64,000 bases of DNA from Felis catus (Eukaryota). The stretch covers positions 119,226,001-119,290,000 of the forward strand of contig NC_058372.1 in the NCBI RefSeq assembly GCF_018350175.1, written 5' to 3'. Every line of letters starts with the position of its first letter. Position 1 is the first letter of the stretch. Under the pieces are notes generated by a model. That model was not told where the DNA came from, ran no database searches, and was given only the letters and a program-made list of their open reading frames with translations. Shown one piece after another: positions 39,442-50,763 of this stretch. A program made the position numbers and the translations under genes.

Positions 39442-40473
39442 ATGCCCGGCCATCTTTCCCCACCTCCTGTTGGGCAGCTTTGCTATGAGAATGTGAACGG
39501 ATCGTGTGTTAAAACTCCCTACTCACTTGGATCCAGGGTGATTCTGTACGCAGTGTTTGGTTTCGCGTCTTTTCTGGCTGTGTTTGGAAACCTGCTGGTG
39601 ATGACTTCCGTTCTGCATTTCAAGCAGCTGCACTCTCCTGCCAATTTCTTGATTGCGTCTCTGGCTTTTGCTGACTTTCTGGTGGGGGTGACCGTCATGC
39701 CCTTCAGCATGGTCAGGTCTGTGGAGAGCTGCTGGTACTTTGGGGCCCGATTTTGTAGCCTGCACAGTTGCTTCGATGTGGCGTTTTGTTACTCTTCTCT
39801 CTTCCACCTGTGCTTCATCTCCATCGACAGGTACATCGCTGTTACTGAGCCTCTGGTCTATCCTACCAAGTTCACGGTGTCTGTGTCGGGGACATGCATA
39901 GGCATCTCCTGGATGCTGCCCCTTGTATACAGTGGTGCCGTGTTCTATACAGGCGTCAATGACGATGGCATGAAGGACTTAGTAAGTGCCCTCAACTGTA
40001 TAGGTGGTTGTCAAATTGTTGTAAATCAAGACTGGATCTTGATAAATTTTCTGTTATTCTTCATACCCACCCTTGTTATGATAATTCTTTACAGTAAGAT
40101 TTTTCTAGTAGCTAAACAACAAGCTATAAAAATTGAAAATACTGGTAGCAAAGCAGAATCATCCTCAGACAGTTACAGATCCCGAGTGGCCAAGAGAGAG
40201 AGAAAAGCGGCTAAAACCCTGGGTATCACAGTGGTAGCATTTATGATCTCTTGGCTACCATATACAATTGATACAGTAATCGATGCCTATATGGGCTTCA
40301 TAACCCCTGCCTATATTTATGAGATTTGCTGTTGGGGTGCTTATTATAACTCAGCCATTAACCCTTTGATTTATGCTTTATTTTATCCTTGGTTTAGGAA
40401 AGCCATCAAAGTTATTTTAAGTGGACAATTTTTAAAGGAGAGCTCATCAACCATCAGTTTATTTGTTGAATAA
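39442..40473 (+). CDS. TAAR8: Trace amine-associated receptor 8 (343 aa)
   Basis: Intact 7TM ORF with TAAR8-type segments ([57 protein letters not shown]). It sits next to TAAR9 as expected. Confidence 0.9.
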   Translation: MPGHLSPPPVGQLCYENVNGSCVKTPYSLGSRVILYAVFGFASFLAVFGNLLVMTSVLHFKQLHSPANFLIASLAFADFLVGVTVMPFSMVRSVESCWYFGARFCSLHSCFDVAFCYSSLFHLCFISIDRYIAVTEPLVYPTKFTVSVSGTCIGISWMLPLVYSGAVFYTGVNDDGMKDLVSALNCIGGCQIVVNQDWILINFLLFFIPTLVMIILYSKIFLVAKQQAIKIENTGSKAESSSDSYRSRVAKRERKAAKTLGITVVAFMISWLPYTIDTVIDAYMGFITPAYIYEICCWGAYYNSAINPLIYALFYPWFRKAIKVILSGQFLKESSSTISLFVE

Positions 40474-40864
40474 GTATGAACACTAAGTCGAGAAATTTAA
40501 AAATATTTTAAAAAGGATACATTTATGATGAAATTAGATATAAGAAATGAATAAAGCCTTTCAAAATTGGGGAAATAGCTATATATTTTTCAAATTAGCT
40601 AGGAACAAAATCACAAGAAGATAACTTCATTAAATCATTGCAGAAATATTACTGAATTAAACAGTAAATAATGAAGTGGTTTACATACGTAATCTGCCTG
40701 GGTGCTCTGTACGCGTCCTTGTTATATGCACTTGTCTCTTCCAATTTCATTGAATTCTGAATCTCATTTCGGTTGCGATCTCTCTAATCATTTTCTCTTT
40801 TATGGTCACCTCTCACCTCTCATTTATCTTCAAATGGTCTTTCTTTCCCTGTGTTTTGCAACAC

Positions 40865-41500
40865 TGTATTAATTTCTAGGGCTGTCATAACAAAGTACCA
40901 CAGACTAGGTGGCTTAAACCAGAGCAATTTATTCTGTTCCTAATGATTTCAAAGCTAAAATTCCAAAGTCAAGGTGTCAACAGGTCTGGTTTCATCTGAG
41001 GGCCCCCTTCTTTGGCTTATAGGTGGCTAGCTTCTCTCTGCGTCCTCATATGGTTTATGCCATATGTATGTCTGTGTCCTAATCTCCTTTATTAATACAC
41101 ATTTTAAATGTTTATTTATTTTGAGAGAGAGAGAGAGCATTGCACCCACACATACAAGCACGAGCAAGAGAAGGGGAAAGAGAGAGAGAGAGAGGGAGAA
41201 TCCTAAGCAGGCTCATGCTGTCCGGGCAGAGCCCGACACAGGGCTCAATGACACAAAGCGTGAGATCATGAGCTGAGCCGAAATCAAGAGTCGGAGGCTT
41301 AACCGACTGAGCCACCCAGGATCCCTTTATCTCCTCTTCTTGTAAGAAGGCCAGAAATATTGGGCTGGGGATCACCCTTTAAAACTCTCTTTGATTACCT
41401 TTTAAAAGGTCTTATCTCAGCACATGGTTCCATTCTAAAGTACTAGAGGTCAGGACTTTGATATATGAATTTTGGAAGGATACCATGCAGCCCATAACAG
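40865..41500 (-). mobile_element. MLT1 (MaLR) solo LTR with an inserted Can-SINE (41095-41322)
   Basis: tgtattaatttctagggctgtcataacaaagtaccacagact ... atgcagcccataaca termini. Confidence 0.88.
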
Positions 41501-44269
41501 GCACAAGACCAGAGTTGGTGACACTACCCAAGGGTCTGTTTAGCAAATGATTTGTGATACTGTCTGTACCTTCCAGGAGCTTTTGGGGCAGGAGGTAAGC
41601 CTTTCTTGCTTAATGGCTGGGCAGAATCTTGGAATATTCACCTGTAATATCCTGGGGTCAGTAATTCGGCCTTGGAATCAGGTATTAACTACGGACATTG
41701 CACAGAAGTGAAAAACTGCAAATGGAAAAAATTGCCACAAGAAAGCTGGCCCAGCGATCATTAGCAATTGGAAATTCTGCAAGGGAAAGAATGATCAATT
41801 ATTGCTATCAGTGACACAAACTTTTCTCACCTGAATATACTGCATGCTTCCCTTTCCCAGAATGTTGTGGGGGTGAAAAAGTCTTTGCTGGTGCTGCAAA
41901 AACTTCTAATAAAAAGGATATAAAAAAACGATGCTCTAATTTTACATTTTGCTCTCTGGAATATTTTACATTGTTGATGTAACAAAAGTATTCTGGAATG
42001 CATATGTACAGTATTTTGTATAGTGAAGCTAAATTGTAATAGAGTACTGGTTTCAAAACCATTTTTTTTCTCTTTTTGGTTTATCTTTGGGTCACTCAGT
42101 TAAAATGGTTGAAATCTTTTTTTTTCCCATTGGCATTCACTGAGATTTTTCATTTTTTTCAAGCAAATATTGAGCATAAATTGCAGGCAAGTACCTGAGT
42201 TAGGAACAGCTAACAATAAAAAGAATGTTTTATATAGTATTTTCCTCAAGGAACATGATTTTGTAATAGGGGCTACACATTTTAAATTACATTATTGAGA
42301 ATGAAAAAAGTGTCAGAGATGCTAAGTCTTGTGAACAGAGGACTCACTGTCACTATTTGTCGTAAGGATGGTGTTTGGTGTTGGGCATTTCTAGGACATT
42401 GTCTTCTCACTCACATGTGGTCTCATGAACTGAGGGCTTAAAAATTGTCAAAGACTCTACTTCCTTAGTAGGAGGACCTTTCGATGAGTCTTCAAGCATT
42501 GGACTTTCATAGGCAGACAGGAGTGTGGACATTTTTTGACAGGAGGGTTAATTTCCACAAATAGAGGATTGGCTTGGAAAACCGTATGACAATGAATACA
42601 TTATAGCACAATGACCAATTCATGCTTCCACTTACTATATACTCAATAGATCAGATTGGCTGTCACAGCTTTTAAAAAGGACTTCATGTTCCTTATTTTT
42701 AGAGTATAGAGGACAAACATAGAAAAAAGTAACTGAGAGAGTAGAAGGGTCCCATTTTATAAATGTCTCATAGCATTACATTGTTGCTAAATTACAACGA
42801 ATACGACAGAAGTTCAAAGGCAAATTAAGGATTTTTGAAATTTATCTTATGGGCAAGCAAAATATATTGTGGCAAATGCTACCAAGACTTCCAATACAAT
42901 TCTAAATCTGAAATCTCTGGGTATGTGAAACGTCACAAAGAGAAAAGAAAGAAATTAGATTCTTCCATATATTTCATGATAGTCTTTCCTAAGAATGACT
43001 ACCTGAGATATGGATTCAAAAATTCAGGATTAAATTCTTTGCTGTATTTTATCCTTAGTTTAGGAGAGAATTAACACTTAATATAACTGGCCAAGAAGTA
43101 AAGAAATGTAAAGTAAAGAAATCAACATAAATATGTTTTCAGGATAAAACTAAGTTAAGATCAAGGAAATTGTGGGATGTTGGGAATTTCCGATGTATTA
43201 TGATGTAGAATACAGTGTTGATGATGATATCAAATTTGAAAAAAGGCGTTCTTCAACTTCAATTAAATATTGTTTAGAGTGAGCTTCCCCAAGCATCTAC
43301 AAACAGATTGACTGACGTGGTGAACGAGGTCCTATTTCCTACTGCTGATTCTGCCCATTTCTCTGCTCTGTCACGTTTCTGCTTCCCTGTCTTTGGTGGT
43401 GGTGGTGGTGGGGGTTCGGGAGGGTGGTGAATTTCTTGGTATTTTCACTTTTTATGCTTACCTCCCTGTTAGCTTCAATGCTCATTTTCTTCTTCCTCTT
43501 CTCTATTAATGTCATGTGCTCTTGGCCTTCCCCTAGACTCTTGTTTTTTTCAGCCAACTTTCATTCCAACATTTTCTTTTGCTAGAGTTCTTTTCTTAAA
43601 TCTCCTCAGCTCCCTCTGCTTCATGCTCTAGCAAGGAGTTGAGTTCCTCTTACTCCTCCTCTTCCAACAGTAAGGGAATCAGATGTCACATTCAGATCTG
43701 GCTCAGGCCTGACATTTAATGTTTAGAGGACATTGGACAATTAACCACGACAAAATGATACGTTCACCACAATAAATAGTTCTTCAACATAATTACTTTC
43801 ATGTGGTATGTCACTTCATTTCTTCCTCATGACATGGGAATAATTGCCCTATCATGGCATATTATAAACATCATCTACCGCTGTCATAATTGATCATAAT
43901 GCAAACTTATGATGTCACATAGTCATGAGGAAAGATGAGCCAGTCAAGAAGTTGTGTTTGAATATTTTGATATCTATTTGGGAAAAAAAAAAAGTTCTGA
44001 TTCTCACTCTTCCCTTACACATGTGCCCTTACATACATATTGTTCAGGACAGATCTTAGTGTAAAATATAAAGCCAGGAAAATTTAGAAGATAATGCTGG
44101 AGATTATTTTCATAGTTTCTCGTGGAAAAGATTGCCAGGTTAACTATAGATTTAATATTTCCACATGATAAATCAAAATGTCAAAAAGATAAACTTGAAA
44201 AAAACTCCTTAGAATATTTATTTTATTCTAATGGTTTTCGTTGAAAATGGAGAAAAAAAAAGACGTTTG

Positions 44270-44490
44270 GGGCACCTGGGTGGCTCAGTCAGTTGAGCAT
44301 CCGACTTCGGCTCAGGAAACGATCTCACAGCTCGTGAGTTCAAGCTCCACGTCGGGCTCTGTGCTGACAGCTTGGGGCCTGGAGCCTGCTTCGGATTCTG
44401 TGTCTCCCTCTCTCTCTGCCCTTAACCCACTTTCATTCTGTCTCTGTCTCTCTCAAAAATAAATAAACATCAAAAAAAATTTTTTTAAAG
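44270..44490 (+). mobile_element. Can-SINE
   Basis: Full head, (CT)n and A tail. Confidence 0.95.
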
Positions 44491-44750
44491 AAAAAAGAAA
44501 AAGATGTTTGTTTTCCTGGCCCTTGAGTCTCAAAAGTCTAGGCCCTGGGAGAAAGGAAAAAGAGCCTACCTTGAACAGATTTGGGGAAGTAAGGGCTATA
44601 GAAAAGCTTGCCTACATCCCAGAACAAGAGTAGAAAGATAATTGGAGTACAAAAATAAGTGAGAAAATAGTGAAGGTCTCTGAGGGAGGAGCACCCGATT
44701 TCTCCTGGATACGGTCTGGTTTGAGAAAAGGGGTGATAACTGATATGCAA

Positions 44751-45214
44751 TTGTGGTGGGTTGAATAAGAACCCCACAAAGAGATCCATATCTAGACCCT
44801 GGAACCTATACCTATTAAATATTATTTGGAGAAAAAAATAAAGGTCACTGAAGGTGTGATTGAGATAAGCATCTTGAGAGGGGGAAGTTAGCCTGGATTG
44901 TCCAGGTGGGTCCAAAAGGCCATCACGAGAGTCTTTACAGGAAAGAGGCTGAGAGATATGACACACACGGAAGAGAAGGCAGTGTGATCACACAGGTAGA
45001 GACTGGAGCGACGAGACCACAGCATGTCAGCAGCCAGCAGAAGCAGGGAGAAGGATGGATTGTCCCCAAGCCCCCTCAGAGGGTGCGCCGCCTTGCTTTG
45101 ATGTTGGATGTCATGCTTTCAGCCTCCAAGACTCTACAGGGATAAAATTTCTGTCGTTATAAAAGCCCCCAAGTGTGTGATGAGTTGTTACAGCAGTGAC
45201 AGGAAACTAATATA
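44751..45214 (+). mobile_element. MLT1 (MaLR) solo LTR
   Basis: tgtggtgggttgaat ... aatttctgtcgttataaaagcc ... acaggaaactaatata. Confidence 0.88.
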
Positions 45215-46214
45215 TCAAGTGTGTTTGCAGGGACACGCTCCAAATGCAAGGGGAAACTCATTCTCCTTTCCCTGGACAGAACTCAGTGTGTATAAAGACC
45301 ACCGGGCAGAAATGGCTGCATAGGCTGAGCACGTAGCCTGAGACAGCACCACAGAGCACCTCATTGCTCTGCGTGGTACAGGGACAATAAAAGATTCCTG
45401 AGCCCCTGATTGTGCCTTGGAGTCATGACAGGTCCTAGAAACCCCTCCAAATGTTCCACCGCCCGTGATGCCACAAGTATAGCTGAATTTTTCTGAAAAG
45501 GGAAAGGAATTGGCCGCTACATGTAAGAGCTAAAGAAGCCTTACTGCCAGGTAGGAACGATGACTGCTCTGTGACAGGACTGGGCCAACGTCCAGAGACC
45601 AGGCAGGACATCTCATTGAATATCAGGGAGAGTGGATGGTCCCCCAGACCAGATCTCTAGTCTACAGAGTCATTGGTGATGTGTGGTTGACTCAGAGAAG
45701 AAAGTAGGGAAAGCCCAGATAGACGGAGAGGAAGTTTTTATCACTTGGAAGTTAGGGGCATGGCACAGACCTTAGGTTCATTTATAGTTGTACAACATAG
45801 AGGAGCAGAACACAAAACCTGGAGCTAAACTGCTTGGATACAAATCCCCAGTTACCATTTACTAGAAGTTCATGCTGGGTAAGTGATCAACTTGCAGGGT
45901 TTCAGTCCTTCATCTGCCGAATAGGGTTAGTAGCTATGCTGACCTCATTGGGTTTTGTGTGTGTGTGTCAGTTTAATAACTGAATACATGTAAACTCCCA
46001 AGATATAGCAGGTGTTCAAAAGTTGTCTGCTACTGTGAAAATGATAGTTGCCTAAACAATAAAGTAACACGTTTTGCACACCTGTGCCCTGTGTTCACAG
46101 AAAATACTTGTGGGTCTTTCTAGATTTACTACCATGTTTTAGGAAGCATTTCTGTAAAACAGACAATTAAAAGCCATAAGATAAGAGCTATTACCCAAAT
46201 TATAAGAAAAAAAC

Positions 46215-46431
46215 TTTAAGTTTATTTATTTATTTTGAGAGAGAGAGGGAGAGAGAGAGAGCTTGAGCAGGGGAGGGGCAGAGAGAGGGGCGGGGGTAGA
46301 GGGAGTCTCAAATAGGCTCTTCACCACCAGTGCAGAGTCTGACCCGGGCCTTGAACCCACGATCCGTGAGTTCATGACCTGAGCCAAAATCTAGAGTCAG
46401 ACACTCAACCGACTGAGCCACCCAGGCGCCC
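46215..46431 (-). mobile_element. Can-SINE
   Basis: Antisense full-length. Confidence 0.92.
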
Positions 46432-47384
46432 TTCTGAGAAAACTTGTATAAAGATGTTAGGTAGGTGCTCCGCAGTTACACGTTGAGAAATACCTGGTTA
46501 CTATGATGAGACAGAGTTGAAAGAGAACTTCAGAATGTTTTCAATTTCATGGACGGACACAAGGTATTAGCAGAGGCTGAGCGGAGGCGAGGGAGGGAAG
46601 GAGGGAAGGAAAGCTAGAGAGAAAATGACAGACTACTCTGATGTAACTCAAATCTCTGAGTCAAGGACACCGAAAAGGAAGGGGCTTGAGACTCAGGTTT
46701 AAGACCCTCAATTAATCACTTACTCTCAATGAAAGTGGAGCTCTTTCCTGGGGATAGAGGAAAGACTGATGAGGCTGTGAATTCTGAAAAAGCCAAAACA
46801 GCATGCCATTCACTGAGCCACACCTGGATGGACTGGAGCAGTGTAAGAGGTTGCCAGATTCATAGTCTAGAGGGGGGCTATTGATAAGCACATTATTCAG
46901 AGTTTAGGGTCCTGTGAACATATGATTTTTCATTATGAGATAGACGGCCATTTCATCCTAGAGGACACCTACAAAGACAATCCCAGTCTATGCATGCAGC
47001 ATCGAGGCAGACTGCATAGGACCCTGGAATTTAGAGGAAAGCTTGGAAGAAGACAGTGGGATCCCATGGCATTGGGGCTTACAAGAGAGTTAAAGACATG
47101 TTATCAAAAAACCAAGAAGACTGCCTTCTGTGGTAGGTGAGATCTTCACGTGCTAATATGTATGTTTTCTCTACCTCCACGCACTAGTCATCAGATAAAA
47201 TCTGAAATGATCATTGGGACGTACAAAGCTGTGCACAACATCTGAATCTTTCCCTGTTCTTTACATTAGTACCTTCCTTTCCTCCTCATCCTTCTATCCG
47301 GGCCCTAAATTTACACTCTCAGTGAATTCTATTTATTCACCCCAGTTCTATTAGTTGTTGATGTCATTTCTCACTACACTTTTT

Positions 47385-48150
47385 AAATGTGTTTATTTTA
47401 TTTTATTTTATTTTTTATTGAAATCCAAGTTAGTTAACATATAGTGTAATAATGATTTCAGGATAGAATTCAGTGATTCATCACTTAACATGTAACACCC
47501 AGGGCTCATCCCAGCAAGTGCCCTCCTTAATGCCCATCTCCCATTTAGCCCTCCAGCAACCCTCAGTTTGTTCTCTGTATTTAAGAGTCTCTTATGGTTT
47601 GTCTCCCTCCCTGTTTTTATATTGTTTTTGCTTCCCTTCCCCTTTTGTTTCTTGAATGCCACATATGAGTGAAATCATACGACATTATCTTTCTCTGACT
47701 GACTTATTTCGTTTAGCAAAGTACACTCTCGTTCCATCCACGTTGATGCAAATGTCAAGATTTCATTCTTTCTGATTGCTGAGTAATATTCCATTGTATA
47801 TATATACCACATCTTTATCCGTTCATCAGTGGATGGACATTTGGGCTCTTTCTGTAATGTAATTTGGCTAGTGTCGATAGGGCTGCTATAAACATTGGGG
47901 CGCATGTGCCCCTTCGAATCAGCATTTTTGTATCCTTTGGATAGACACCTAGTAGTACAGTTGCTGGGTCGTAGGGTAGTTCTGTTTTTAATTTTTTGAG
48001 GAGCCTCCATACTGTTTTTCCAGAGTTACTGCACCAGTTGGCATTCCCACCAGCAGTGCAAAAAAAAAGTTCCTCTTTCTCTGCTTCCTCCCCAACATCT
48101 GTTGTTGCCTCCTGAGTTGTTAATGTCAGCCATTCTGGCAGGTGTGAAAC
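47385..48150 (-). mobile_element. Carnivore L1 3' end
   Basis: Antisense ORF2 end (WYIYTMEYYSAIRKNEILTFASTWME) plus 3' UTR. Confidence 0.92.
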
Positions 48151-48496
48151 GGTATCTCATTGTGATTTTACACGTGTTAATTTTAGCTGGAAGCACCGTG
48201 AATTGTTATGTTATGTCTGTCTCTCACGTTAACATGGAAACTCACCCTAAGGGAAGAAGATATTTTGTGTTTATTCCTGTATGTTGAAGACCTTGCACAA
48301 ATAGATGCTTCATAAATAACCAAATATAAATATTGCATTACACAAATGATTGAACCGCAGGCAGATTTATGGGCGTCTTGGGAGAACTTATGTTCCCTGA
48401 ATCTTTTACTAAAGCATCTAAACCTTTTTACTCATCTTGAAGAGAATATTGTCACATTTCAGTATTGAGTGTATCATATGAGATAGGTCCTTTTTG

Positions 48497-48730
48497 TTTT
48501 TTTTTTTTAATTTTTTTTTTAACATTTATTCATTTTTGAGGGTGAGAGAGACAGAGCATGAGTGAGGGAGGGACAGAGAGAGAGGGAGACACAGAATCCG
48601 AAGCAGGCTCCAGGCTCCGAGCTATCAGCGCAGGGCCTGACATGGGGCTCGAACTCATGGACCTTGAGATCACGACCTGAGCCGACATCAAGAGTCGGAC
48701 GCTTAACCGACTCAGCCACCCAGGCTCCCC
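48497..48730 (-). mobile_element. Can-SINE
   Basis: TSD gagataggtcctttttgt. Confidence 0.95.
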
Positions 48731-49145
48731 AGAGATAGGTCCTTTTTGTACAGACCTCTACAGGTACAAAAGACCTCTGGTTTTTTAGAGTAAGCTAAGA
48801 ATTTTTATTGTTAGTAATGAATACAGTTTGAAATTTATCAAATACATTTTTTCACTTCATCAGATGATTGTTAGATTTTAATCTGTTACAATGCTGATTT
48901 GTATTAATAGATTGTCTAATTTCAAAGCAAACTTTCATTCTTGGCATCAACTCGAATGATCTTTTTTATATATTTCTGGATTGAGTTTGTAACAGTTTGT
49001 GTAGGATTTTTTGCATTGTTGCTTATGAGTGAGAGTTTTCTCTCATTTTCCTTTTTCAAATTGTCTCTGGGAGTTTTAGCATTGAGGCTACAGCAAAACA
49101 TAAACTTTAGTGGAGATAATTAAATATAAGTTTCTCGTCCCTGTT

Positions 49146-49169
49146 TACACCTTACGCTACAGGGATTCC
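49146..49169 (+). promoter_or_regulatory. Shared TAAR upstream motif, copy 3 (mosaic TAAR)
   Basis: TACACCTTACGCTACAGGGATTCC, about 560-580 bp upstream of the ATG, with TAATTA about 30 bp upstream. Confidence 0.75.
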
Positions 49170-49725
49170 ACCTTAGCTTTTGGGTGTGGATTTGGGGTGT
49201 GAGATTCAGCAGTGCTTCTGGGGATTTTGTCATTACTCTTCAGACAGTCTTGGGGTGGGTGTAATAAAAGGTAACCGACAGATAACAAATCACACATATC
49301 TCACTAACGTTGACAAAGAGAAATATCCCTGTATCACGACCAGGTAAATAACAGATTATTGACAAATTGTAAGGCAAGAAGAAATCTTTGGGATTAGCAA
49401 ATTGGTAAAAGATGTACTTGAAATTAAACAATTGCACTTAGAAAATGGATTCCAAGTATATTCTAAGGTAAGCAAAATAATGGTAACAATGAATTAAGCT
49501 AAGATTTGTTGAACATTTGAATTGAATATATTACTTCAAGTGTTCAAACATTAAAATTAATAGGAGTATGTGACAGGCCATGGAGATATTGTCCGATAAC
49601 TATAACAAAGGTAGGCAGTTGCAAAGGACCTTTTCTCCGCCTTAGGAAGTAAGAAACTGCTCTGCTTGGTCCGACTGGCCAAGGGCAGAACTTCTCCACG
49701 TTTGCAAGCTGTTTGCAGCAGCACC

Positions 49726-50763
49726 ATGAGCACCAACCCGTCCCCCGCGGCATCCGAGCAGCTCTGCTACCAGAACGTGACCGGATCCTGCGCGAAAGCC
49801 CCCTACTCGCCCGGACCCCGGCTCATTCTCTACACACTGTTCAGCTTGGCGGCTGTGCTGGCCGTTTTTGGAAACCTCCTGGTGGTGATTTCAATCCTGC
49901 ATTTCAAGCAGCTGCACTCGCCAACCAATTTTCTCATCGCCTCTCTGGCCTGCGCTGACTTTCTGGTGGGGGTGACCGTCATGCCCTTCAGCATGGTCAG
50001 GTCTGTGGAGGGCTGCTGGTACTTTGGGGCCAGCTTTTGTAGCCTGCACAGTTGCTTCGATGTGGCGTTTTGTTACTCTTCTCTCTTCCATCTGTGTTTC
50101 ATCTCCATCGACAGGTACATCGCTGTTACTGAGCCTCTGGTCTATCCCACCAAGTTCACGGTGTCCGTGTCGGGGACATGCATCGGCATCTCCTGGATCC
50201 TGCCCCTTGTATACAGTGGTGCCGTGTTCTTCACAGGTGTTCATGATGACGGGCTGGAGGAATTAGTGAGTGCCCTCAGCTGCGTAGGCGGTTGTCGGCC
50301 ACTTATAAATCAATTTTGGATTTTGATAGATTTGCTATTATTTGTCACACCTACTTTTGTAATGATGGTGCTGTACAGTAATATTTTTCTTGTGGCTAGA
50401 AAACAGGCTATAAAGATTGAAAACATTGGTAGCAAAACAGAAGCATCAGGGACATACAAAACCAGGGTGAGTAAGAGAGAGAGAAAAGCAGCTAAAACCC
50501 TGGGTATCACGGTGGTAGCATTTTTGATCTCCTGGTTACCGTACATGATTGATTCACTCATTGATTCTTTTGGGGGGTTTGTAACACCTTCTTATGTCTA
50601 TGAGATACTTTGCTGGTTCGCTTATTATAACTCTGCTGTAAATCCTTTGATCTATGCTTTATTTTATCCTTGGTTTAGGAGAGCAATAAAACTCATTATA
50701 AGTGGTCAAGCATTAAGAGTAGACAGTTCATCAACTATGAATTTGTTTTCTAAAAAACCCTAA
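49726..50763 (+). CDS. TAAR6/7/8-family receptor, mosaic paralog at the syntenic TAAR7 position (345 aa)
   Basis: Intact 7TM ORF from ATG 49726 in a good Kozak context (GCACCATGA); the ORF track's 49666 start is a TTG. It has DRY, D3.32 (D112), D5.43 (D202) and NPLIY. Its segments match different neighbours, so orthology is ambiguous. Confidence 0.93.
   Translation: MSTNPSPAASEQLCYQNVTGSCAKAPYSPGPRLILYTLFSLAAVLAVFGNLLVVISILHFKQLHSPTNFLIASLACADFLVGVTVMPFSMVRSVEGCWYFGASFCSLHSCFDVAFCYSSLFHLCFISIDRYIAVTEPLVYPTKFTVSVSGTCIGISWILPLVYSGAVFFTGVHDDGLEELVSALSCVGGCRPLINQFWILIDLLLFVTPTFVMMVLYSNIFLVARKQAIKIENIGSKTEASGTYKTRVSKRERKAAKTLGITVVAFLISWLPYMIDSLIDSFGGFVTPSYVYEILCWFAYYNSAVNPLIYALFYPWFRRAIKLIISGQALRVDSSSTMNLFSKKP

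Noticed and set aside
49666-49725. 20-aa N-terminal extension of the third TAAR in the ORF track
   Set aside because: It starts at TTG. The ATG at 49726 has a strong Kozak context and aligns with the TAAR6 start.
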